A stretch of 64,000 nt of DNA from Squalus acanthias (lineage: Eukaryota). This document shows, in pieces, positions 26,390 to 38,430 of the stretch. The stretch spans positions 27,964,001 to 28,028,000 of the forward strand of contig CM059433.1 of the NCBI GenBank assembly GCA_030390025.1. The letters run 5' to 3'. The first letter of the stretch is position 1; each line of letters opens with the position of its first letter. A program made the position numbers and the translations under genes. The notes under the pieces were generated by a model, which had not been told where the DNA came from, made no database searches, and saw only the letters and a list, made by a program, of their open reading frames with translations.

Positions 26390-26808
26390 TTTTAAAAATC
26401 ATTCTGGGGATGTGGGTTTTGCTGCAAGGCCAGCATTTATTGCCCATCCCTAGTTGCCCTGGAGGAGGAGGTGGTGGGCCTTCTCCTTGAATGGCTGCAC
26501 GTCGCAGTTTGAAACAACTGAGTGGCTTGCAAGGCTACTTCAGAGGGCAGAGGGCAGTTAAAGGTCAACCACATTGGTCATGGGACTGGGGTCATACAGC
26601 CAGACCGGGTCAGGACAACAGGTTTTTCTTCCCTAAAGGATATTCGTGAACCAGTTGGGTTTTTAGCAGTCAGACAGCTTTTACTGATACCAGATTTTTA
26701 TATCCAGATTTTTGTTTAAAGTGATTCAAATTCGCAAAACTGGCACGGTGGGATTTAAACTCTTACTCTCTGGATTAATAGTCCAGTAACATAACCATTT
26801 TGTTACCG
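26390..26808 (-). mobile_element. tRNA-headed SINE whose body and tail match the 5' and 3' ends of the 13045-16219 LINE
   Basis: Head has an A-box-like TAACAAAATGG, anticodon-arm hairpin CTGGA-CTATTAA-TCCAG and B-box-like GAGTTTAAATCCC. Body matches about 13045-13260; tail matches about 16105-16215. Confidence 0.8.
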
Positions 26809-26989
26809 TACTGCATCTCACTGCTCTAATAGGTCATATTATCCTAAGAGGACTGGTAATAGTTTACGGGATTCGATCCACTTAGTTCGATATGCTACCA
26901 GACCTTCTCGGGCAACACCCATTTCTTCAAAGACTTCACTGCGATAGTATTAAACAGAGGAACCAAGATTAAAATAACGCATTTTCATT

Positions 26990-27797
26990 TCATAATGCAG
27001 AAAAGTGCGAAGTGATAGATTTTGGTAGGAAGAACGAGGAGAGGCAATATAAACTAAAGGATACAATTCTAAAGTGGGTGCATGATCAAAGAGACCTGAG
27101 GGTATATGTGCACAAATCATTGAAGGTGGCATGACAGGTTGAGAAAGCGGTTAAAAAAGCATACGGGATACTGGGCTTCATAAATAGAGGCATAGAGTAC
27201 AAAAGCAAGGAAGTTATGATGAACCTTTATAAAACACTGGTTCGGCCTCAACTGGAGTATTGTGTCCAATTCTGGGCACCGCACTTTAGGAAGGATGTGA
27301 AGGCTTTAGAGAGGGTGCAGAAAAGATTTACAAGAATGGTTCCAGGGATGAGGGACTTCAGTTACGTGGATAGACTGGACAACCTGGGGTTATTCTCCTT
27401 CGAGCAGAGAAGATTGAGAGGAGATTTGATAGAGGTGTTCAAAATCAAGAGGGGTCTAGACAGAGTAGATAGAGAGAAACTGTTCCCATTGGCGGAAGGG
27501 CCGAGAACCAGAGGTCACAGATTTAAGGTGATTGGCAGAAGGTCCAAAGGCGACATGAAGAAAAACGTTTTTACGCAGCGAGTGGTTATAATCTGGAATG
27601 CACTGCCTGGTGGTGGAGGCAGATTCAATCATGGCTTTCAAAAGGGAATTAGATAAGCACCTGAAAGAAAAAAATTTGCAGGGCTACGGAGAAAGGGCGG
27701 GGGAGTGGGACTAGCTGAAGTGCTCTTGCAGAGAGCCGGCACGGGCTCAACGGGCCGAATGGCCTCCTATCGTGCTGTTACGATTCTATGATTCTAT
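26990..27797 (+). mobile_element. CR1 LINE 3' fragment
   Basis: LYKTLVRPQLEYCVQFWAP...RRLRGDLIEVFKI; (GATTCTAT)n tail. Confidence 0.85.
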
Positions 27798-28704
27798 TTC
27801 CAATTGTGACACCCAGAATTAGTCAACACACCTTAATGCACGTTATTCTATTTAACATATAAATGGTTACAATACTTCACTGTTCCATTACAATTAACAC
27901 TAGTTGAATCCCAAAAGAGAGGTGCTTGAATTAGTGCATGACATCATTTGCAGAGGAACAATTGTCTTTGAAAAAAACACATTAAAATGAGTAATGCACT
28001 CCCTTATCAGGGACCTTTATATAGAAACAGGCATATTATTTTACTGAGGTTTTTCTGTAGGTCTTAATCACTGTAGACTTAACTAACTTACTGTTTAGCC
28101 TTAGATGAATCATAGAATGATACAGCACAGAGGGAGGCCATTCAGCCCATCTTGCCTGTGAAAGAGCAATCCAATTAGTTGCACTCCCCTGCTCTTTGCC
28201 TTTCAAGTATATATCCAATTCCCCTTTGAAAATTACTATTGAATCTACTTCCACCACCCTTTCAGGGCATTCCAGGTCATAACAATTCGATGTGTAAAAG
28301 AAAATCTCCTAATTTCCCTCCTGGATGTTTTGCCAATTATCTTAAATCGGTGTCCTCCAGTTACCGACGCTCCTGCCAGTGGAAACAGTTTCTCCTTATT
28401 TACTCTATCAAAGCCATTCATAATTTTGAACCTCTATTAAATTCCCCATACCCTTCTCTGCTCTAAGGAGAACAATCCCAGCTTCTCTAGTCTCTCCACG
28501 TAACTGAAGTCCCCCATCCCTGGTACCATTCTAGTAAATCTCCTCTGCACCCTCTCCAAGGCCTTGACATTCTTCCTAAAGTGTGGTGCCCAGAAATGGA
28601 CACAATACTCCAGCTGGGGCCTAACCTATAAAGTTTTAGCAAATACTTTTTTCGATTCAGGCTTCGGATAGAACTAAAACCCTTAAGATGGTTGAAATTG
28701 GTAA

Positions 28705-28885
28705 ATTAGGCCAGGGTGTGGATAATGCTGTTAGGTAGGGGGCTCCGGGATTTTGATGATGAAGGAACGGCGGTATATGTCAAAGTGGGTTCGGTGTGCG
28801 ACCTGGAGGTGCTGGTGCTCCAATGCGCCTGCTGCCCTTTTTGTGTTTTAAGGTGGTGGAGGTTGAGGGTTTTTGAGGATTCTTG
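28705..28885 (-). mobile_element. 3' fragment of the 13045-16219 LINE family
   Basis: Matches about 15900-16085 in reverse. Confidence 0.6.
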
Positions 28886-29234
28886 CTCCATCAGTGTTTG
28901 AAGCACTGGAATTGCCAGTTGCAGAATAACGCACTAGGACTTCGAACCACATTAACTGCATCCGAGAGCAGGAGGGCACTGGGAAACAAGTCTACAACTC
29001 TTCTGCATTTAGTGGGAGTCTCACATAGGAGACAGTGATCTTCCCCCTGCACTCTACAAGTATATCCCAGTTCTGCAGTATTATTTTGTGCTTTGAGTGA
29101 GAGAAAGGAAAAGAATGCTGTTATATAGAATGTACAGTACAGAAACACGCCATTCGGCCCAACTGGTCTATGTCGGTGTTTATTTTCCCACACGAGCCTC
29201 CTCCCACCCCCATTTCATCTAACCCTGTCAGCAT

Positions 29235-29475
29235 TTTTTTTTTTTTTATTCATTCATGGGATGTGGGCGTCGCTGGCAAGGCCAGCATTTATTGCCCATC
29301 CCTAATTGCCCTAGAGAAGGTGGTGGTGAGCTGCCTTCTTAAACCGCTGCAGTCCGTGTGGTGAAGGTACTCCCACAGTGCTGGTAGGGAGGGAGTTGCA
29401 GGATTTTGACTCAGCGACGATGAAGGATCGGCGATATATTTCCATGTCAGGATGGTGTGTGACTTGGAGGAGAGC
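29235..29475 (-). mobile_element. 3' end of the 13045-16219 LINE family, inserted in a CR1 3' fragment (29125-29640)
   Basis: Poly-T then GGGATGTGGGCGTCGCTGGCAAGGCCAGCATTTATTGCCC, the reverse of the family tail. Confidence 0.75.
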
Positions 29476-32400
29476 ATGTCCTTGTGTTCCTTTTTCCTTC
29501 ATGTGTTTATCTAGCTTCCCCTTAAATGCATCTATGTTATTCACCTTAACTACTCCTTGTGGTAGCGAGTTCCACATTCTCACCACTCTCTGGGTAAAGA
29601 AGTGTCTCCTGAATTCCCTGTTGGATTTATTAGTGACTACGGAGGAGAAGCTTTCCGAGAACCTGCAGTCAGTATAACAAAGAGCCAACATGGACACAAT
29701 GGGCCAATTGGCTTCCCAACTGTGCTCTACACTTTTATTTGTCCTAACACACAGACCTTTAATTCAATGAGGGTTCCAACTAGTGTTACAGAGGCCAGAG
29801 AAAGGAAAAGATTATTTGTGCCAACAGCCAGCTGGGCTGTGAAGACAAAATTATAAAAGAGAGAAAAGGGGCGGACAGAAAATAAATAGAAGAGGATAAG
29901 ATGGTGGCAAAATATATTGTCACGTTGATTCTGCACAGAAGAATACAGTATTGGCTCCATTTCACAGCAATGCAAGAAGAAGCCAGGTAAATACTCCCCC
30001 CTCACGTCACGCTCAAACACATACAAGGATTGGAAATCGCTCACTAGATAATCAGTTCTTAGTTGTTTAATTATGAATGGTGGTGGTACGACAGGCTACT
30101 CAAGTTTATTTGAACTTAAAAGAAAACATTCTTTGGTGGGTCTTTCCATCAGCTCCTTTTATATTGTAGTTGGATGTCCATCTCGTCAGGTGCGAGATTA
30201 TCCAAAATCTCCTGGAAGAGGTAAACGACCGGCTTAAAAGAAGCAGGCCATCCAACGTGGCCTCGGTAAACAGATACAATTTGTAGCTTCACACCACATG
30301 TATGTTTTAGCTACGGCGCTTGAGGTATGCAGCTGACTCGCAATGGAAAAAAAAAATTGCACACCTAGAATTTGCCTGATGTGGAGAGCAACAGTCAGAG
30401 CTCCAGCCTCTCCAGAGTTCCCAACACACTGCAGCCTCCCTGGGGGCCGGGGGAACTTACAAGCCAAGGCTTGGGATGGTGACCATTGACCAAAGCTAGC
30501 CATTATCCCAGGTTTAAGGAATCCATCCATTGGACCAGAAAATAATGGTGAGTTTAATGGCACTCGCCCTGTTCAGTGTGTAAAAAAAAACTTGTGGCGA
30601 GGAAGAGATATGCCTTGAGCTTCAAATCACCACAAGTTGCTGGACGATTTGCGCCGCCTCCGCCATTAGCCTCGCGAAAACGGGAGCTCGCCCTCAACCT
30701 CCCCATGAGCGTCAAGAAATTGCTGCATTTGTGTCATAAATACGAACTAATCTCGCCGCAAACATTTAGGACTGGTATTTCACGTCATAAGGACCATATT
30801 AATAATGTGGTTAATGTCGCGACATGAAACGAAACTCAACCTTGTAGACCTAGACAGGGAACAATTGCAACTGTGGAGTTTCATTCGCACAGGTAGTGAA
30901 TTGTTCCGAGAGGAATTTTTTTTCTTACTTTTCCTTCCTGCTCTCTCAATCCAATCTTTCTTTCCCTCTCTGTACCTGATTTGTCTCTATTTCACCCTAT
31001 TTCCTTCTCCGTCATTCCTCTGTTTCTTCCTCAATCAACTGAATCTCATTGGTTGAGGATCTGGACTGTTGGGGCCCCTGAGTTCACCAAAGTCCCAGGT
31101 GCCCTGTTGCCCTCGCCACACCGTTATCAGCTCGCACTTCCAGCAAGTTACAGCGCAAAAATACAACCTGCAGGGTGCAGGGGAAAAAAATCCAACTCAG
31201 GGCGCTCGCCATGTGAAGCCCTGCCCCAGCAAATTCTGAGCCAATATTCTGTGCGTTTTACTCTTGTGCTCTCTAGTTTATTAAACTGGCTCAGGACCAT
31301 TTTGTCAGGAATTTATTAAAAACAAAATGCACCAGTGATTAATGAGCCGATGAGATTATGCTCATCTGTCTGACCTATTAAACTGATCAAGAAACAGGTG
31401 CCAACAACTCAATTTAATTTCCCCTGGCTGCACCCAATAACGTCATCATCGTACTTGGAAATTCATGAAACTACAGCTGTATCAGAAGTTAGAAGGTGCT
31501 TGCCAGAAGGGGAGTGTCTGAGGACACTGGTCCCCATTTAAGAAACAACTACAAGGTACAAGGGGAAGACTGCAGGGTTGCTATTCTGGACGGATGAGAT
31601 CCAATGTCCCAAAGGCTTCATCCAAACCTCTCATGATTTTGTTTCCACATCCGGGCTGGTATCTGACCCAGTGGTTGGAATTCTATTTTATGAGATGCTT
31701 ATTGTTCTAGTTCAGAATGATTCATGTGCTTTGGGCTCATTCGTGCTTGTCATTCCATTTCTGCCAAATCCCTTTTCATTGACATCCAACAAATTGGACT
31801 CTGTGTACAGACTGGCACTTAATTACACCAGTGTCCTTACACTTCTCGCCACTCTTCGCAGTTCAGTGGCCGAAAGCTTCCTGCATTATTGCGTTCACAA
31901 TAAGGTATCCCACAGTTAGCAGGAAACAGGTGGGAATATGAAAAGGGGGAAAATGGTGGGGCGGGAAGGAGAAATCAAATCAGGCAGCAGACTAGGGTTG
32001 CCAACCCTCCAGGATTGCCCTGGAGTCTCCAGGAATTAAAGGTTAAAGGTTAATCTCACGGACACTGCTGAGAGCAAACCCGGGGAGAAAAATCACAGGG
32101 ATATAAAAAAAAAAATGGGTTTTCTTTCCATTTTCTTTGAAATCTTTCATTTATTCGTTAGAAAAATATTGGAAACAAGAAAAAAAGGCTGCTTGGGGCA
32201 GTTGGAGGTGGAAGGTCATGTGATGAAACATCCAGGAATACGTCCAACCAGAGTTGGCAGCCCGAGGTCAGACAAGGAGATGGGCATGTCATTTTCATCC
32301 ACAGACAAGTGCAAATTCTTCTCGTTACCAATGCTACCAAGAGCCACATAGCTGAAGAACAACACGCGTGGCACTAAATGTGCATTTCAGTAATATAATC

Positions 32401-32809
32401 TGTCCAAACAGCTCATAGCGAATGACTCTGATAGTCTCAACAGCTCATCCTGAAAATCTCTGGAATACAGCTGACACTTTTTTTGGCTACAGGACAATGT
32501 AAATATTTTTGATCTTTCCTTTCTGGGAAGAATGAGTTGGAGTTAAGTGAGGACAACGGCTTCACTGCTGTATGGTATGCACTTTCTGGCCCCACAAAAT
32601 GGAAGGCTTCTGTTAAAACCATCAGGTTCTCAGGCTTCCTGGCACATATACACACGAGTTATGAGGCTCCACCCATGCAATGTGGTGTTTCAATCTTTTA
32701 CACTAACAAATTATATTGTCGTCTGTTCTTTTCCCAGTTTATGGTACCCTGCACTATTGGCCATAAAACTTCACTCAATTAAAAATACTACAGTGAGTAA
32801 AATAATGGG

Positions 32810-32942
32810 ACAGAGAGAAAGAGAAAGAGAAAGAGGGCAGGTGGAGGGTGCAGCGAGAGGGAGGAGGGGTTAGCGCGAGAGAGGGGGGAGGGGGGAAGAG
32901 AGAGTGAGAGAGAGCGAGGAGGGTGAGAGAGAGCGAGGAGGG

Positions 32943-32973
<31 letters not shown>

Positions 32974-33054
32974 AGAGAGGGGGGGGGGGAGAGAGAGAGA
33001 GAGAGAGAGTGTAAATGGGAAGAGAAAGAGAGCGCGAGGAGAGAGAGAGAGAGA

Positions 33055-33090
<36 letters not shown>
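32810..33090. repeat. Purine-rich low-complexity tract ending in (GA)n(CA)n
   Basis: Read directly. Confidence 0.9.
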
Positions 33091-33093
<3 letters not shown>

Positions 33094-36000
33094 GTACGGA
33101 GGACTGGCTGCTGATATTCGGAAGGTTTATCCTCCTCGAATTGTGTTCTTCATGGTGTCTATGGGATTACTGCTCACATATGAACAAAGCAGGCACTTAT
33201 AGTCTCATCAAATTCCATGCTATGTTCAGAATCAGTAACTACTGAATGAATATTCAATACGCGCTAATTGGAATCATCGTTTCCTGTTTGCATATTGCTA
33301 CAAACAGTTCCTACTAGCCAGATGGGAATCTACTGTGCACATAAAATAAACTCAGCTCAAGTGCAAATGGAGTGCCTATGAAACGCCCTCCAAATCAGAG
33401 CGGAAAGTGATCGCCAGACCAGATACCATTCCTGGGAACCGAGTCCAAAGTTCTTCCCAATTGCATGTGTGTACTCTCAACTCTGTTCAACTTCAGATCA
33501 GGAAACTGACTCACCACCCACGAGTTTGCACTAGCCCTCTGCACACACATAACTATCCAGCCAACCTCCCGGACAACATTCTCAGTTAAACCCTAAACCA
33601 AATGGGGCTGTTACCATTGAAACTCCGCCTGTGTTGCCAATCTTCGTTCTCATTGAGATGGGCGTACACTCCAGCAAGCATTTCAAAAAGATTCAAGTAT
33701 GAACAGCTGCTGATTTTAATAGAAAAACACCCCACCTTCTAACAAACAAGGCTTGCCTGGTTCTGCTCTGAGGTATCGGGAGATATCACTTGCCTGTAAG
33801 AAAAAGCATCCAGTTCTTGATCTATCAGATTTTCTCTGACTACTCCACATTCTGCAGTAGTGTTTTAACACTAATAAAAGCCATGATTTGAACAACCAGC
33901 ATATTTCACCATTTTAAGGGTACATGCAGTCAATGCCAAATCTAACTCAGCTATGTGAGATTCCAACAATAGCATCAATAAAAACAAAGCCTAGGAACAG
34001 TAGGAGGCCATTCAGCCCTTGAGCCCCTTCCACCATTTAATCAGATCATGGCTGATCTGTATCTTAACTCAATCTACTCGCCATGGTTCCGTAACCCTGA
34101 ATACCCTTGCCTAACAAAAAATCTATCAATCTCAGTCTGAAATGTTCAATTGACCCCAGCCTCAACAGCCTTTTGGGGGAGGGAGATCCAGATTTCCACT
34201 ACCCTTTGTGTGAAGAACTGCTGAACGGACTAGCTCTAATTTTAAGGTTGTGCCCCCTTGTTCTAAACTTCCCCCACCAGAGGGAATAATTTCTCTCTCT
34301 CTACCCTATCAAATCCTTTAATCATCTGAAAACACCTCAATCAGATTACCCCTTAATCTTCTACATTCAAGGGAATATAAGCCTAGTCTATGCAACCTGT
34401 CCTCATAATATAACCTGCTAAGCCCCGGTATCATCCTGATGAATCTGTGCTCCAAGGACAATATACCCTTCACAAGGTGCAGTGCCCAGAAGTGAACCAC
34501 AGCATTCTAGATGGGGGTCTGACCATAGCTTTATATAACGAACATAACTTCCACCCCTTTCTATTCCAGCCTCCTTGGATGAAGGCCATCATTCCATTAG
34601 CCTTTTTAATTATTTTTTGTACTTAAAGCAAGGTCAACTGCCAAATGAACTTTGATCCATTTAGCATTGAGGGACCCACATGCAGGGCAAGATGTAGAAG
34701 TCCACTAAATGCTGTGAATCTGCCCGTTCATCTGGACAGCACCTGGAGCAATAATGAAAGAGTTGTTCAAAAGGTCACGATTATGGCTATGATTCTGCTC
34801 ACCAGTATCAGGGGAAGGTGTGTACAGGATAACACAGAAACAGCAGCTTACGTCTTTGATGTGGCCAAGTCCATTGACGCTGCTAGTACTGGTTAGGCCT
34901 CAGCTGGAGTATGTGGACAATTCTGAGCACCACACTTCAGGAAAGATGTAAAAGCCTTAGAAAGGGTGCAGAGGAGGTTTACCAGGATGTTACCAGAGAT
35001 GAGGGACTTCAGTTATGACGAGAGGTTAGATAAGTTAGGACTATTCTCCTTGGAACAGAGAAGGTTAAGAGGTGACCCAATAAAGATTTTCAAGATGGCG
35101 AGAGCTTTTGAGAGAGTAGATAGAGAGAAAAACTATTCCATCTGGAGAGTGAGTCAACAACCAGAGGTCACAGATTCAAAATCATTGGCAAAAGATCTAG
35201 AAGGGAGCGGAGGAGACATTTTTTTGGGTTGTTGGGTTCTGGAACGCTCTACCTGAAAAGATGGTGGAAGCTGATTACATAAATAATTTTAAAAAGGTTG
35301 GACAGGTACTTGAAGGATGAGGAACTTACAGGATTACAAACAAAAAGCGGGGATGTGGGACTAAGCACGACTGCTCTTTCAAAGAGCCAACACAGGTACG
35401 ATGGGCTGAATGGCCTCCTTCTGTGCTGCAAGTTTCTATGATTCTACTGTCAACTATACGGTGTCTCAGGTAGTAGCGAGAATTACTTCACGAGCTGGTA
35501 TTCTGCTTCTCCAGTAGAGTCACAGACCTTCTCCTCCCCACAACCACCCCACCCACTTCTGCACCTATTGAAGAACTACAACATACGCCAAAGGAACTCC
35601 CACCGTTTAATTGGGAGATCCCAGCACCAACGTAACCAGGCCAAGATCCCGGTATCAATGTACGCCGCCCACAAACACTATCCAACCAAAATGTAGAATG
35701 GCTTCAGAAATGAATTAAACTCTGAAAACCTCTGTAAATAAGATCATCTGCCAATTGTCCGATGGGTGAAAGTAAAGAAGCTGTCTAGTAGATGACTTGC
35801 GTCCGGACAAGGGGCAGTGCCCCACTTTCACACTATTATACCCTAATCTCTCCCAGGAATGTCAGTAAAGGGGAGGGGAAGAACAGTTTCAAAACTTGCA
35901 ACTCGATTTAATCATAATCATATTTTGATCAATATTCAAATCACATTTTGATCAATTAAAATTATACTTTAATCGATATTCAAAAGTCACTTTTTTTTTA

Positions 36001-36649
36001 AACAATCCTCATCTGTCACTGAGTCAGGTTAAACGCTGGCATTATATCACAATTTTATTTTAATCAAAGTGAAGATGTCAATGACAAGAGAGGGGAAATC
36101 TCAACATTATATTTGTAACTTACAACAACTTGCATTTATATAGCACCTTTAACATAGTAAAACGTCCCAAGGTACTTCACAGCAGCGTTTCCACCACTGG
36201 GGGTTTTCCTCGCCTCATGTCTGGGTCTGTTGTAGACTAATTGATAGAGATTGATTGCTATGATTAGTCAACAACTCCATTATCATTGTATCATGCGACT
36301 ACCAGGATGGTAGAAGGCGAACGAGATGGACCATGGTCTTTTCTTGTCTGACTATTCTTATGTTCCCCAGGAAAATTTCATAGAGAAACGTAAGACAAAT
36401 GTAACCAAATAGGTTGAGAAAACCTCATACTGCAAAAAAAGTGTTATGCAAGAGAAAAAAAGTCAAACTGCTGAACATATTCCAGTAACAGCTTGGGGGG
36501 TTAAAGATCAGATTCGGATGTTGGCTGCCAGAATAAAGTTCTCTTCAGAACCTCAGACATATGCGGAATGTTAGCCATGTTTCATACTTGCTTGGAACAC
36601 GTTTCTGTATGAAACCCAAATTCTTATAAAGTTGGGTTTAAGACACAGA

Positions 36650-38430
36650 GGCCTAAAAGTTACCGCCGCTATCCTGGCAAAAAATGGTAGCTGCAACTCT
36701 AGCACCCTTCTCTAGCGTGGGACTCGGTGGCCGCCATTTTGTCGAAGGCCTCAGCAGCGCTGGCCCTGGAAATGTAAACGAGGAGAGGGTGACTTCCCCT
36801 CAGCGAACTTCGACTTTAGCGCTAAGTTCAACGCTGGGTCCTAAGCTCGCTAAGAAAAACCAGCGTTCAGCAGAGTGACAGACGCTGTCAGCACCTCTTA
36901 AAGGGACACATACATCTTTCAGGCAAGTTCGCATTTAAGCTTTTGGACTGGATTTTTTTTTATTTTATTGAAGTAGTGGCTTGGTGCAACACATGTTAGA
37001 AGTTTTTTTTTTAAGTGTGCAGGGAGTGCAGCTGGACGCTTGCAAGGCCTCAGATGGTAAAGGAAGGCCTCTGAGAAGGCAGAAAATGCTGGAAATACTC
37101 AAGTCAGACAGCATCCATGAAGAGAGAAACAGAGTTCACGTCTCAGGTCAAGATGCTGCCTGACCTGCTGAGTATTTCCAGCATTTTATGCTTTTATTTC
37201 AGATTTACGGTATCCGCTCGCAGAGGGAAGAGGAAGACGTAGAAACAAGGATGCAATCCAGACAGCCCCTTTCTGGCCGGGATATCGGGGATTGAATCAT
37301 CCGCCTGCGATCTCAGTGACCACAACCCCAATTCCCCTTTCAACATTTGTTCACACCTTACCTTCCATCTGTTACTGACCATCACAGCGTCATTGTGGCC
37401 ACAATGCTGAAATAAAAGCCACCACAAAGCAAACTTTCCAATCCAACTTTATACATCTATCCATCCAATATGACAAAGAAATCAACTAATCACCCTTATG
37501 CATTCTCCTACTGACTGTCTTGTGTGTGTGCCTTTGCCTATCCTACTGATGTCATGCAGTGCTACCCCAGTGGCTGCAGCATGGCTGGTGGAAGGCTGCT
37601 GACTTTCAGTGGGGTCACTGCAAATGGCCTTGCAGGACAATCTTGGAGCTGGTGACTGATGGTGTGAAATCGAGTGACAGTGTTCCTTCTTCTTCTTCTT
37701 CACTCCCCTCTCCCTCTTCTTGGTCAACCACTAGCTGGGCAGGCTGCATTTCTTGGGTTTGTGAAATGGGGAAGGCACAAGGGTGGAGTTGTGGTGAGGG
37801 GAGGGCGGGAAAGCAAAAGGTACACGTGGGAAGGAGGATAATGTATGAGGATACCAGCGCCTTGTATCCTTTCAGCCCCGTCGCTGGCCAAGGGCTCAGC
37901 CATGCCCCTGCGAAGAATGGCAGCACCGTCTCCTCCAAGGGGCTGAGGTGAGGCTAGGAATGGAAGGTGTGCCTTGTGTTTGGTACAGATTGTTGCTAAG
38001 TGAGTGTTTGGGGTGGTGGGGAAGTCATGCATTGAGAGGTGTGGGAGGCTAGTGGTGCAGTTGGCAGGAGATGGCTCTTTGAGATGCATTCACTGACCTT
38101 GACCACTGGTCTGAGGTCATGAAGCTTCTTTGGGCACTGGAGCCAGGGGGTGAGGGTGATGCTGCTGGCAGTGATGGCCTCGGTGATCTGGTGCCACATC
38201 GTTCTTTCTGGAGGGTCTCCTGGCCTCAGTGGGTGGAGGACCTCTGTTGCAGTGTTGACCCCCTACACAAAGCTGGAGTGCTGTGTGCGAGACCCTGGGT
38301 GCCCCTTCCCTGGCTTGATGAGCCATTTGTGTTAGCGCTGAAACACTATTCCCTTTTTTTTGGGTGCGGATGGGAATTCAACTTTAAGAGTTGAAGATTC
38401 CCATTCGGGAATTCTTTTTAATTTGGCACC
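36650..38430. mobile_element. Decayed PIF/Harbinger transposon: Myb/SANT-like gene remnant (-) convergent with a probable transposase C-terminus (+)
   Basis: 38098-38326(-) reads MAHQAREGAPR...RRPSR / WHQITEAITASS...WLQCPKKLHDLRPVVK then GTCAGT. Acidic downstream segment at 37615-37770. About 37250-37320(+) resembles the transposase end (RDI..IIRLR). Boundaries approximate. Confidence 0.6.
37079..37210. mobile_element. Short inverted pair of the same Penelope-like terminus
   Basis: GCAGAAAATGCTGGAAATACTCA...CAGCATC versus GATGCTG...TGAGTATTTCCAGCATTTTATGC. Confidence 0.6.
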
